Positions 38,091 through 51,181 are shown, counted from the whole stretch's first letter. The stretch: 61,222 nucleotides of DNA, filler included, from Sluysia triapertura (GCA_046118255.1; 5 parts of 5 records of this genome joined end to end with filler, not necessarily neighbours in it), one strand, 5' to 3'. The notes: generated by a model not told the origin, from the sequence alone. Numbers and translations are program-made.

Positions 38091-39351
38091 TTTATAATTT
38101 ATACTGGGTTTATTTCATGTTTGATAGTGAAATTTCGCATGAAATCAAATACAAAGCCATAATTAGTTATTTTATATAAATGTACTAGTAATTGTAAAAT
38201 AGTATAAATGTATCTAAAAATTAAGGTTAAAGTAGTAATGAAACTAAATAAGTTACATAGTGGTTGCATATACAATGAAATAAATACTCAAGAACGCGTA
38301 TGATGCGTTATTCTGAAATGAAATAGCCTTGTCTTGATTGCTTTTTGATCTTACAATGATTTCAGGGTTTAATTATTTTTAAAATGTATTCGAAGATAGA
38401 TGAATGTAAACAATACGTAGCAAGAAATAGTAAGTTCAGAAACTTTAATTTCAATCAAAAAACGTACACCTATAATTCAATATTTTTGGACATCAAAATA
38501 TGAATCCGTAAATGTAATAGGTAGATTGTGGATTCATATTCAAGTGAGATTACAAAAATTTAAGAAATTAAAAGATTTTTCTTTAAAGTGATTTTGCAAA
38601 AAACGAGTTTTCGTAAGCATTATAAAAGCAGTGCAAATTTGCTGACCCAACAAAATTCAATGCTGACAAATACAGTCCAATATGCAAAAACTTATTCCAT
38701 TTTATGGACTAAGGCATTACCAATCCAAGTATTTTTATATGGAATATAAATACTCATCTAATTTTGTTAATCTTGTTACTGGTGTTATGTAATTAATTAA
38801 TTAAATGGCAAATTAGTAATATAAATATTTACCGGCGAGAAAACTTTCAGTAATGAAATAAACTAAATACCCGTAACTTAAGACATTGCTATGTTCAATA
38901 ACCAAAAAACACTTAAATATACAATAAATGTACGAAACATGAAATCATAAAATGAAATTGTGTGTTCAGATCAAAGGTTTTAAATAATATTGTACTTATA
39001 TTCATATTTTCGCTTTCAAACCTGAATAAGATTGAACTATCCACTATTTATTTTTTCAACGAAATTAACACTTAACTTAAAATGAACGCAAAACCTATCT
39101 CGACACAGAACATTAGAGTATTTAAAATAGTTTCGCAGTAATATAAATAACGGAATTGTATTATATTTTTTAACGGAATTTTAAGTTTGTTTATTTCCGA
39201 AATTATGCTATACGTATTACTGTGGGAGTTCTTACAATTAAACCAAAACACAAACTTGAGTATAAAATTTAAGTATTTCTCAATAATTTACATATTATCC
39301 CCGAGAAAACATTAAAATCAAAACGAAATATACGTAAAGATAAATGACTAT

Positions 39352-40053
39352 TTATACAAGTGTTTTAGATGAAGCATCACTGGCTAAACTACTGCTCCTA
39401 CTGCCAACTCGTTCTAATTTATGACTACCACCAGGTTCATCATCATTATCTGAATCGGTTTCGCTGAAATGATTTATGAAATCGGAATTATCCATTAAAC
39501 CTAACTTCATTCGCATTGAATCATTTTCTTTCTGCAATTGTACAATTGCTTCTTCTAACTTAATCACACTTTCTTCAGAATTTCTTTCAAATAAGGCAGC
39601 CATAGCTAATAAATTTTCATACTTATCATTCAATTTATTTTCAATTTCGTTATTAACTGCGTTTCCACCGCTAACATTTCTATCACATTTTGAATTATTT
39701 CCTGACTGTCCCATATATCTACTAACTTCTTCACGATATTTAGACATTATAATCTCAATACCAACTTGATAATCTCGCAATAATTCTTGCAATTCACAAT
39801 TTTCTACACGTAAGTCTTCTAAATTTGAATTTTCAACATTAGCACTAAATCCATCGATATCTGATTCATTTTCATTGGCACAGCAAATTTTTGTAATTTC
39901 AGTAATTTTGTCTTGTAACTGATTAATAGATTTTAATTTCTCGTGAAAATACGATGCATCTCTAATTATTTTTCCTGATAGATCATCACTTGATTTCAAT
40001 CGAACAGTTAAATTTTTAAGGTCTGCTAAAATTTTTTCCATATCACAAGCCAT
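39352..40053 (-). CDS. FGFR1OP2: FGFR1OP2/SIKE family coiled-coil protein (STRIPAK subunit), intronless
   Basis: MACDMEKILADLKNLTVRLK and LEDLRVENCELQELLRDYQVGIEIIMSKYRE match the family motifs MSCTIEK.L.DAK.L.ERL and IR.LQQEN.EL..SLEEHQ.ALELIMSKYR. C-terminal QLQKENDSMR. Intact 233-aa ORF. Confidence 0.93.
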   Translation of the reverse strand: MACDMEKILADLKNLTVRLKSSDDLSGKIIRDASYFHEKLKSINQLQDKITEITKICCANENESDIDGFSANVENSNLEDLRVENCELQELLRDYQVGIEIIMSKYREEVSRYMGQSGNNSKCDRNVSGGNAVNNEIENKLNDKYENLLAMAALFERNSEESVIKLEEAIVQLQKENDSMRMKLGLMDNSDFINHFSETDSDNDDEPGGSHKLERVGSRSSSLASDASSKTLV

Positions 40054-41363
40054 AAAAAAAAATTTAAAAACTACGACAGTAATTTCATCTATAGAATAAA
40101 TTACAAATTTTAATATATTTTTCTAATAAAACGTAATTAAATTATGAATTATTTAATTATAAACTAAAAACATTAAAGTACTTATTAAATTTTTTCGATG
40201 TTGTTTTGTTAATAACTGATAGGAAATATTTTATCAAAGTTTATAAATCAATAAATTTAAAAACATTTCAATTAATATATTTAAACAAATATATTTTTAT
40301 AAAATTTAAATATTTTTAAACGATATTTAAGTGTTTTGAAATAACTATGTATGCCACCTCAAATAAACTAACTCTAGTTATTAAACTTAGATGACAATGT
40401 GTAGAAATTATATATCTTCCATAACTTCAGTTTGATATGACTTTTGTGAATGTACTTTCTTAAATTAAGAAAATTAATTTTTTCATTTAAAAATAGATAC
40501 TGAAAATTATCAAGTAAATAAGTTTATTATAATTATATACTTTATAATTTTCATTATGAGCAGTGATCACTTCAAAATGATTATTGTCTAAGTTATTGCG
40601 ACAAAACATTTTCCATGTAATAAATTGATTTTAATTTATTTTAAAACAAAAATCGATAATACGAAATTTTGACGAAGTGTTTGAGTTAACGACTTAAAAG
40701 TCAATTTTATTTAATTACTAAAATTTAATTATATTCATTAGCGATCATTAGCTCACTTATACAATACATGAAATTATAATTAAGATCTTTGAAAAGATGA
40801 AGTACCGTATGAAATTTTCATGCTTATTTAGTCATTTTTGTTGAAATTTTTCTGTCAGTATTTAAATTGTTTTTTAATAAGTAACACCTTTCGAAAATAA
40901 AAGTAAATACATGTTGAGATTATTATTATTGCTTATTACCTTTACTATCACTTTTACTTGAATTAATTGATCTACGAACATAAATAAATAAAAAATCTAT
41001 ATGTGATCTGAGACTTACAAACTTAATAGCTTGTCCACAGGATTTTGATGGAAGAGTAAGATTCTAAAAGATCATGGAGGTCAATTTGTATTTATACGAT
41101 ATGTATTTTTGCTTGCGTAATGCTAAATTCAACCAATGATTATCGTCTTAAGACTTTAACTGCAAATTTGTATTCCGTTTAGGTCTGTAACTCGTTAAAA
41201 AGCTTTATTTCTTATTTCTTATTTATTAATTAAATATGTCTTTATGTCTTTGTTTAAAATTCGACATTTTTCTGTGGTTTTATTTATTTTTAACCTACAA
41301 TTAAATAAATTTTAGCAGAATTCCTTTACAGTAAACGACTTACAACGTAGAATGTGCGATGCT

Positions 41364-41789
41364 TAAGGTGACCAGATTTTTAGATGGGCAAAGCGGGACA
41401 ACTCTGAAGGAGGGGGAAGTATCAACAAAAGGTTTCATACATAATAAAAATAATATCGTAATATGTTTTTATTTTTAACATAAGACTTACCTTAATTTTC
41501 TATGGTAAGTAGCAGATTTATAATATTTATTTGTTTAATTAGCGTGCTAGCACAAGTACGAACACGAAGTGTGCCATCTGAGAGACAAATACAATGTAAC
41601 TGGGTCACAAAAGCAATATGTTAGTCGTCGTAGCCCGTAGGATTCTTAGAACGCAAAACAATGATTTTCAAAAATATAATAATTTAACTTAATTCTAAAA
41701 GTCAGGACTTTTGAAAAACGTCGCGGTACTCGGGACAAATTGTGAAAAGTCGGGACTGTCCGCCAAAAGCGGGATGTCTGGTCACCTTA
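41364..41789. mobile_element. hAT-Blackjack-like MITE
   Basis: TIRs TAAGGTGACCAGA / TCTGGTCACCTTA with multiple subterminal CGGGAC motifs. No 8-bp TSD recognisable. Confidence 0.85.
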
Positions 41790-42838
41790 CATAACTATTC
41801 ACTAAAACAATCATATCTAGTGGATTTTCTAATACTGTTTTACAAATTGTGGTTGTGAGATGTTTTGAAAATTGTAAAAGCTCACAGTTAATGATAGAAT
41901 ATTTTGGTTACGAATTTATTTTTATAGAAATATTTAATGGTTTAATGATTTAAATAAATTTAAGGTAAATTTTAGTTGACCTTTAGCCAAACAAATATTA
42001 CAAATAGAAAATTAATTAGTTTTAAATAAAAACATATTTTATAAATAGAAAATTAATTAAAAATATATTCTAAATTTAATCAATTATCATTTAGAAACAT
42101 AATATATTTTAAAAAATTTAGAATAAACATTAATTTATGTGAAAATTAATTTATATTACGAAATATATTTACATTATTTTCAATTCAATTCATATTAATT
42201 TATTTATATTATCATTCTGTTTCATGAGAAAATATCGTAAATTAATTAATTGTTTATTGAAAAAATTTTTGATTTATTTTGTGAGAAAATATTGACTCAT
42301 TTCAAAGCACCACGAAAACTACAAAAAGGAATAAATTTAGCGTAAGGCTCGTACAAAATTATAATAAATCACCTTTCAAGTTTTAAAATCATTTTTGAAG
42401 AGATTGGCATTTTTTAATAGAAGAAGTTGGTAACCAATTTATTTCCCGGAAATACATAGACAACGTATCGATAACAAGTGGATTTTCATCGACCAAATCA
42501 TAATTTGGATATTTCGCATTTTTTGGAAAAATTAAATGAATACGTAAGCTAATTTTTATTAGGCTATACATTGATAATCTTTGTATTACAATGTACTTAA
42601 ACTAATTATTATTTCACTCAAGCATTCACCTGAATTAAAATCATTATTAAAATCAATGAACTTCATTGACTTTGTTTATTTTTATTTTTGCTTATAATAA
42701 ATTTATTCGTTTCAGAAGAATTTTTGCTTTGTCGATTCTTTGTGTAGAAAGAAAGTAGGATAAACATTATAAATTAAAATTAAGGAATAAATTTTTCAAG
42801 AGCGAACGATTAATATATATTAGTTATTTAATTATAAA

Positions 42839-42976
42839 TGTTGGGGTAAAAGGCCTAAAAAGTGCCTTAAAAATGAAATTGTTAGACGGGGCTGATAGCT
42901 CAGTGGTAGAGCACCGACTGCGCAGACGATGGTCCCGGGTTCGATCCCCGGTCAGTCCATTTTACGAAGTCTAACA
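42839..42976 (+). mobile_element. tRNA-Ala-bearing mini LTR-like element, copy 3 (best-preserved cassette)
   Basis: TGTTGGGGTAAAAGGCCT...TGTTAGAC, tRNA-like cassette, TTTTACGAAGTCTAACA. No clear TSD. Confidence 0.85.
42889..42959 (+). ncRNA. tRNA-Ala-derived pseudo-tRNA / Pol III cassette
   Basis: Acceptor stem GGGCTGA/TCAGTCC with G3:U70 and A73. D arm GCTC/GAGC (A box TAGCTCAGTGG). T arm CCGGG-TTCGATC-CCCGG (B box). CGC at the anticodon position but the anticodon stem is unpaired. TTTT follows. Confidence 0.8.
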
Positions 42977-43749
42977 AATTGTTAGAATAAGAGTGGAGAA
43001 ATAACGTAGTAATAATTTACGAAAAATAATTCGAATAATAATTGATGAGAAAAAATACATTTATGAGAAATAACAGATTGCTCTAATGAAAAATAATAAT
43101 TTTATCTTTAAGTTAATGATTTATGAAAAATAAATCTATAATTATTTTATCTTAATTGCTTAAACGAATAATAACGGATGGCAAATATTTTTAAAAATTC
43201 TTTCTGAAAAATATAATTAATTGAATTATTTAACCAGATGTTAGCTAATATAAAGAGAAAAATTTTTGTTCACATGCACAACAAAAATTAATAAGTTGAG
43301 ATCATCGGCAATTTAAGACAAGTTTGTCAGTAAAAAGATTCGAGTATAGTTGGTGTGACATTTGGATTAATTTTGGAATCGATAAACGAATCTTTTACGC
43401 AATTTTTGGAAAGGATTTTTTACTTTTAAGATCTATGATTTAACTCAATTTTATAACTCACTGGCCTTAATTTCGGTAATTGTGAAAAAACTAGATTTCG
43501 TAAGTCTTTTATAAGTTTTTTTTACTTAAGTAAGGCACAAATCAAGGTAAAATTTCGACATTTTTTAGCTGACTTAAGTCAGTTAAAATCAATTTTCTAA
43601 AATCTAAACAACTAATGGAGTAGTTTGTTAATATATATCTTGTGCATACAATTTTTATTTGAATATCGTGTATAGAAGATTGTCTTGTAGTTAATAAACC
43701 ATAGTGATTTCTTTTTATTGAATTTTATTTTATTTTAATTAGAAATTAT

Positions 43750-44180
43750 TGTTAAAAGAGTGTCAATATAATGCAGCAGAGACAATTAGGTTTAATCATT
43801 TAACGACAAACATAAATTTAAAATTTAACTGCTGAGCAACCATAACAGACAAAAGACTTAATTAGTATTTTCTTATAAAACTCAAGATACGCCTTATATA
43901 GGATATAAAACGCATACTGCATTATAAAATCTTATTTTGCAATTAAGAACTCATCTAAATCAAGATAATGAAATTACAGATTTGTGCTAAAGTACATGTA
44001 GTTGATTTAGCTTAAGAAAAAAACAACTTCGTTGAAGAGAAGGTGTAAAAATCAATTCAAGTTTTACAAATAGTGATTAATGCCTTAAATATAAATGCGA
44101 AAACTTTGATATTGGCCTGCATATCACCAATTGATATTTATTTTAAAGATACCTCATCTGCACTAACAACTATTGATGAA
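43750..44180 (+). pseudogene. Kinesin motor-domain pseudogene fragment (kinesin-4-like)
   Basis: AKVHVVDLA* (switch II LVDLAGSE), REGVKINSS..VINAL and NAKTLILACISP..YFKDT..AL in the correct order, with stops and internal deletions. Confidence 0.75.
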
Positions 44181-45701
44181 ACTCTCTAGATAGTTCGAAT
44201 TGGTGAATACTATTTTGCGAAATGGAGAGACAGTTGTTATTACCTTTATGAGTTATTAGAATTATTTCAAAGTCACTGGTATCGAGTTTTTCTACTTTAT
44301 TAATGAAATACATGTTAAGAGTTTAATTTTTAATAATAATTTCAAAGAATTAAAATTTGTATTTCAAAATCCTTAATTGAATTGATACCCTGATCACTAT
44401 CTAAATAATGTTATTAGTTTATTTTAATATATTGGATTTATGAGTTTCACGATTTGTTTAAAGACTTTTAACAACGATTAGCATAACGTACTCGTTAGTT
44501 CAATTACATTTAATTTTTTGATTTTTACTAGAAGCTTAAAATCACTCTTATATTCACTAATTTTTTTACAGAGATATTTTAAAAAATCCCCTAAAATATC
44601 CATTTTAAAATCATAATAGTGGTTAAGAGTTTCAAGAAGACTTAATATAAAATAGCATTTCATTGTTTGATTTTTCTAAAATTAATACTTTAATTAAAGC
44701 TAGAAAAAGGAATTAAAATATAAATATCAAGATCCTCAGTTAGGCACCAAAAAATTTTGCAAAACATGATATAATAATTCTATTAATTGTTATGCGCAAT
44801 AAATTATCGTGTAATAATGATCAGTTAATAATGATGTTACTTCAGTAACCTTCAATTTTAAAAAAAGTAAATCTAAACTATTTTTAGTTATTTAAAAATA
44901 TTAGGATTAAAACAATAAAATATTGAAAATAAATTCTTACATAATAAACATTTTAAATAGTGCGTCAAATTATATTCCAAATATTTATAATTAAATGATA
45001 GCTTTTTTATTTTTTCAATTAGTATTTTACAAAATAAAAAGTATAACATTAAAAGTATTAATTTAATATATCATTTATAAAACAAAATGCCTTTCAACAA
45101 ATTAATGTAAATATAGGCTACATTTAAGTTATTGAAACACCAATATTTGAAATATTTGTAAGGTTTTAACAAAGTTGATTTTGTTTTGCTTAGCAAATGA
45201 TTTCAGTTTTACAATTATAAACATTTTAAAATGTGAATTCATCGAATAAGTAAAAAGCAAGGCTTTTGAGATTTTGTGTGCAAAATTTATATTAGTTGTT
45301 TACTAATTATCTTAATATATTGAGGAAGTACAAAGGGAAATTCAAGAAATCAGAATTACAAGTAAATAAATATGCCAGTAATTTTTATTACTTTTTAAAA
45401 TGTATATGATAAACATATGTTCTTTAATAAATGTTACAATCCGTTAGGAATATCTCTTGTTATCAATTTTATTAAATATTTACAAAAATATACGAGAATT
45501 CATGCTACATACTTTTCACCTCCCACCGTCCTCAAAGTGTTTAGTAACGGCCATATTTAGAAATTAAAATTAAGTATTATAAAATTACTTCGAGCATTCT
45601 AATAAATTTAAAAATTTTAGATGGAATAAAGGCGACTCGGTCAACACGAAAGATGTGTTAGTTATTGCTTTGTATTTAATAAAAATGTCTTTATTTTAAT
45701 A

Positions 45702-46418
45702 CAGTCAACCCTCATTAATCCGAAAAATTAGAAATCGAATTCCTTTCGGATTGTGAATTAATTCGGATAATGAGGGAATTTAAAATCTATATGATCGCCA
45801 GATTAATGATGAAGTTATTAAGAAAAAGACATGATATATTTAAAAAATCATCTAAAGTTTTTTGTTGAGTTTTCTTTAGAATGAATTTCTGTAAATCGTC
45901 TTTGACTTTTAAATTGTTTACTGTAACACTGGTTATTTTTGAGTAGAGCTGTTTGAAGAAGAACTTGCTTTGATGACAATTTCAATTGCATGGAATAAAT
46001 TGCTTGGACTTATAACTGTCATCGACCTGAACATCTTCAGCACTATGTACATCTCGACAGTGTATTCTTCTTGACACAGTGCAATGATTTCATCATCAAT
46101 GACTTCTGTTTGAATCATATCCTCTTCAACCATTATTTGGTCAAGCTCATTCTTGTGTGTCTCAAGAATGGGATCTGTTGACAAGTTTTCTTCAGCATAA
46201 GATCCGTGAAGATCTGGAATAAGCGCAACCTTTTTGAAACAATTTTTGATGGTTTGATCAAGCAAGTTCATGTAATCAACTACTAACCTTTTTCTTTAAT
46301 AATGCTTTAAATTTTTTATTATACCCGCATCCATGGATTGAAAATAAAAGTTGAGTTCTTCGGAGCATTATAACTTCAATGTTCTGAAAACATTTCTTCA
46401 AGCTATGACTTGGAGCGT
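45702..46418 (-). mobile_element. pogo/Tigger DNA transposon 3' remnant
   Basis: TA|CAGTCAACCCTCATTAATCCGAA terminus with subterminal TTCGGATAATGAGGG. Decayed DDE_1 motifs NAPSH, NIEVIML, MDAGIIKNLK and QTIKNCFKK. Confidence 0.88.
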
Positions 46419-47551
46419 TGTAGTGGCCAACACTCACAACCTTAAACCTTTTAAAATGTAACATCAAGTAATCATAATTTAAATTTCAATGAAACATAAA
46501 GTCTACAGCAATCACACTTCTCCCTATCCAACCACACCAACTCAATTATCTTAAACAACACTCGATATTAATAACATCTCATTAACTCACACACATCAAC
46601 AATTCGACTAACACTTTTAACCATCCACAGCACAACAAACTCCGACATTTAATCTCGAATAATTCACAACATTCACTCATAAGATATTCTATCAAACAAA
46701 CCACAACCATAATACATAATACAGAAATCATAAATACATCAATATCACTTAACAATGTCAACAAGTACCTCAGAATAGAAAACAATTACATTAAAATCTT
46801 TAACCAAATACACCAAGCTAAATCTACTTCATTTACACATATTCATCACCAACATTTATCCCTAACAACATTATTAATACGTTAAGATTTATTTTGTAAT
46901 CGTCTTTTAAAACTAAAATAACTTTTACCTTTCATTAAGCATCTCAAACTATCATATTCAAGGCTCAAATCTTATTTTTAATTCCAAATCTTAACAAATT
47001 TTAGTAATTTATTCTAGCACTCTTCGTCTTAAGTACAACTCAAGTCATTTCTTTTACCTTTATAAATAAACTTAATAAAGCCTCAAAGAGTTCATTATTT
47101 TAATATGAAGCAACAGCGATAACCGAGGCGAGTATACTTTGTTATCGTTGTTTCTTCACAGCAGTTCATCAGTTTTATGTCTTTTAATTTTATATATGTA
47201 GAAAGTAAAGAAATAAAAAGAAAAAAGATCGTGTAAAAGTTTCAAAGGATATTTTATGCGATCTTTATTTAAATAGTAATAATAATAACAATGTTATTAT
47301 TAATATTGTCAATGAATTATTAATTTCTAATCTCAATTTAATTTTGCCGTCATCATTACTGAAAATGCTGTCAAAAAATGTCATCCGAGTCACAGTAATG
47401 ATGACGGTTAGTAAATTAAAATTAACGTTAATAAAACATATTCACTACCCAATCAGAGAATAGCGTACTAAAAAGTCACTGTTAATACTCTGATTGGACA
47501 TACTAAAATTAGCAAAAATTAAATTTTAAAAATCATTATTTAATAATTACA
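46419..47551 (-). repeat. ~1.1-kb LTR-like cassette, copy C
   Basis: On the minus strand: CCAATCAG/CTGATTGG boxes, AAT-rich tract, TCGCATAAA..TTTACACGATCTTT, TG-rich tract, end GTTGGCCACTACA exactly where the Tigger sequence is cut. Confidence 0.65.
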
Positions 47552-47567
47552 AAGTCTCAATCAGAAA

Positions 47568-48372
47568 ATGCAGACAAAACAAAAAAAGTAAAAGGACATT
47601 TGAGTATACCGAATATTACAAAATATTGAATCCTCGTAACATCACAATGTTTAGCAATCCTTACGATGATAAATTCAGTGATGATTTATTGACATCAACA
47701 TCTAATTTGAATAAAATAATTACTGATCAACAAACTATCTATGAAGTTATAGAAAATTCGAATATTGACAATGAATTAAATCATACTCATCATTACATTG
47801 ATGTTAAACAACATAGTACCATTTCTAATGTAGATTCTGATTTTTTTGATCATGGAAAACATGATAATTTAGTAAAGAAACTTATGAAAACTACTGTTCT
47901 AGTAAACGGAAACGTATTATCATTACTATATAACGATGTAAGTTGGGTGGATTCATCAAATGATACTACATGGATTCGACGATTAACAAGTCACAACAGT
48001 TTTATTGATGAAGGCTCAAAGAGAATAAGCAAAGAAGATGTTTTAGAGTCTTATAAAGTTTACCTTTTTGCGAGTGACGCTCATTTGAAAACAAGTGAAC
48101 GACTTACAATTAAACATAATAGATCACAATCAAATAGTACGTGTTCACGAGAAAGTGGATCACATTACAATGTTGAAGACTTACCAAATATAGCTTCCAA
48201 AACAATTTTGATTAATTGCTCATCAAATAATGATAGCTTTGAAAGAGAAGTACCACTTCAAACAAGCTCACTAATATTACCAAAATCAAAAGATAAATCA
48301 ATTATTTTACGAAGCGAATTAGTATCTCATACTGAACATCCTATTACAATATACGCATTAGAAATTCCAATC
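47568..48372 (+). CDS. Intronless orphan ORF (>240 aa, runs off the contig; possible 5' frameshift)
   Basis: Open from 47626 to the contig end with non-low-complexity composition. ATGs at 47568 (blocked by a stop) and 47648. No recognisable domain. Confidence 0.5.
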
Positions 48373-48472
48373 NNNNNNNNNNNNNNNNNNNNNNNNNNNN
48401 NNNNNNNNNNNNNNNNTTAATTAATTAANNNNNNNNNNNNNNNNNNNNNNNNNNNNNNNNNNNNNNNNNNNN
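48373..48472. other. Artificial contig linker
   Basis: N44-TTAATTAATTAA-N44. Confidence 0.97.

Positions 48473-48541
<69 letters not shown>
48473..48541 (+). repeat. (TTA)n microsatellite at contig start
   Basis: About 23 perfect units. Confidence 0.95.
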
Positions 48542-48542
<1 letters not shown>

Positions 48543-49155
48543 TTTATTTGTAAAAATTATTAAATAAATATTAGTACAGTCATATTTATATATCATCGAG
48601 TAAAAGATGCTAACAAATGTATTCTTATAGATAATTAAAAAATCTACTGATAAAAATGTAATGTCAGAAGTTTGAGAACTTTTGAAATCTAGGGTAACCT
48701 ATACACACAGGCGAAAGATTTAAATCTTAGATTTGACATTAATTAAACATTCCCTACAAAATTCAATTAATCCTATTATTAAAATTAAATTAAATATAAA
48801 ATTAAATTAAATTGTTATTTTTCTGTATAATATTATGGTAGAATATGAATTTTTCAAAAAGTCAAAAATAATTTAATTTTCTTTAGTTTGTTTAGATTCA
48901 CGTTTTAATAAATATTTCTTGAAATAACAAATATACATACATTATGCATTATTTAAAAGTACTTTACTTTCAATTATTATTTAAAATTTGTTTAAATAGT
49001 TAGAAAATTATCATGAAACATAATTCAAAATTAAATATTACATTTCTAAGAACTTAATGATATCCGAATTTTGATCAAAATGGATTTTGTGAATTTTGTG
49101 AATACACATTTTCAATAAACTTTAATAATTAAATTATAATTTATATATATACATA

Positions 49156-50289
49156 TAGGGTGACCCAAAAGTAACCGAACCGCAAACTTAAGTAAAATTT
49201 AGATATTAAAATTTAATAGGTATATTTAGTATTTACAAATATGTTCAAAATGCCCAACTTGAACTTCAATATAAGCACGACATCTTTTGATAACACTGAG
49301 ACATGCTTTCCTCTGAAATTTTGTTCCATTTGTGCTGAATATTTTGTTTTAGTTGATCAATTGTCCTAGGCTTTTCGGGGATCTGTCAGGCCATTCTATT
49401 GGCGTCATCAGCGTCCAATCAAATGTCCAGGAAATGTTTCACCAAGCCATTGTGGAACATCTTTGGTGTGGTGCGCATGTGTTGAAAATGAAGATAACCG
49501 AAATGGAAGAAGTCATTAAGAATAGGAAACACTTTAGTCTTCATCATATCAAGGTAACGTTCACAATTAACAGTTCTTTCAACGAAGAATGGGCAAACTG
49601 TGCCAGTTCTGCCGATTCCAGCCCAGACTCTGACTCTAGGAACATTGATTTCCGTTTCAATAATACGACGGAGATTCTCACTGTCACACTAAACACAATT
49701 GTCTGTTAACATGTCCATTCAGTTTGAAGCAAGCTTTATAAGATGCAATCTGGAAAATCTGGTGATTCTTCACAAAATTCTGATTCTCAAAAAATTCTAA
49801 TCATTTATCCGGGTCATCCTCGTTTAAGACCAATGGTTTTACGGTGGAATGAGGTTTGAGAAATGATAAGCTGTTTCGATGCCTGGCGGATAGATTATTT
49901 AGAAGAATGATCAAATGCAGCTGCTACTTGGATACACTTCCAATTTGGATACAAGATTGTACATTGTAGACTTACTCGGTACAGGTGTTCTGAAGTTTGC
50001 TCCCCATCTTTCTTACTAGTCCTTGCATAGTAATTCTTAATAACGAAGATACACGTTCATTTAAATCTAAAGTCTTTCGCTGTATTTTTAAGAATGAGGG
50101 TCCAGAAAAGCAAGCAATGACTTTAGAACAAAATCAATAATATTACGCAACAAAAGAAAATCATTCGCAAAAGGAAATGAATAGTAACGAAGATAACATA
50201 AAATGACACAAAAGAAGAAATTACATTTGTCGTTTTTGATATCTAATTTTTATTTAAATTTGCGCTTCGGTTACTTTTAGGACACCTTG
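49156..50289 (-). mobile_element. Tc1/mariner (maT/rosa-type) defective element
   Basis: TA-flanked ~55-bp TIRs (C/T)A(G/A)GGTG.CC.AAAAGTAACCGAA.CGCAAA. Minus-strand remnants APH, IEWPDRSP (WPP.SPDL) and GHFEH. Confidence 0.92.
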
Positions 50290-50855
50290 TATATATAATT
50301 AGTCGATTCATTTTGATTGGAGTTCTAGAGTAAATGTGAAGCCAAAGATTTATATTTTAAAATGAAGCTAAAATTTTAAAGAATGACATTTATTTATCTA
50401 TAGTATACAAATTATTTTCTAGCAAACAGTTCAAACACAAATCAAATAAGCTGTAACCTAAAGGTATCTAAAGATTGAGAACATAAGTGGATTTTTATTT
50501 TAAATTATATTACTTTCTAAATATGTAAAATTCATTTTTATTCAAAAGACCAATAATTATTTATAATTATTTATTATACATGTAGTTTTCTTTTTAATAT
50601 AATTAATTTATTTCTAAAAATATTTACGTCTGGATGTATTTATGTATTTATTTCGAAGATATCCAATTAAAATCGATGTTACTAATAAGAATTTCAAAAT
50701 GTCTTTTATATTTGCAGTCGAAAATTAATTAAAATTGAACATTGTAAATAAACAAAAATTGTACAATATTAAATATACGAAATAATAATGTTAAAAAATA
50801 AATAGAATATAAATAGAATATTCTATTTATTCTAGTTAGCTATTTTGTGTTTCAG

Positions 50856-51181
50856 ATTCTTCACGAAGAAGGTCGATCTTTTATTACTCAATCAATTTTA
50901 AAATTATATTCCTCACCTTCAAATGATAGTGTATCCGAATCAACAGATAAGTAATAGAATAATTAATTATTATTATTATTATGATTATGATTATTATTAT
51001 TTTTACAGTTATTTTCAATACATAGAAGATTGTGGCTTATTTTTGTTTAATGATACAGTTATATTAACTCGAGTTACGACTAAATGTATACCATATGTTT
51101 TACAGAAAACCTGTATTTATCATTTTGAAATAGCAATACCATTGAATAAGTTACAATTGTACGATATTCCAGATCGTAAAG
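50856..51181 (+). CDS. ECT2L: Two internal exons (50856-50950, 51009-51181) of an ECT2L-like RhoGEF PH domain
   Basis: AG/GT boundaries and a 58-bp phase-2 intron keep the frame: ILHEEGRSFITQSIL...NYFQYIEDCGLFLFNDTVILTRVTTKCIPY...YHFEIAIPLNKLQLYDIPDRK. This resembles the ECT2L stretch [20 protein letters not shown]...TPF...[21 protein letters not shown] as I recall it. Confidence 0.75.

Noticed and set aside
39476-39769. 97-aa plus-strand ORF
   Set aside because: Antisense shadow of FGFR1OP2.
42389-42690. Coding-like remnant loosely similar to ~25580-25810 (DF..GECL)
   Set aside because: The similarity is too short to establish by eye and no family was recognised.
42889-42959. Functional tRNA-Ala(CGC) gene
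   Set aside because: The anticodon stem does not pair, U33 is missing, and all copies sit in a mobile repeat.
49353-49709. 118-aa plus-strand ORF
   Set aside because: Antisense to the decayed mariner transposase.
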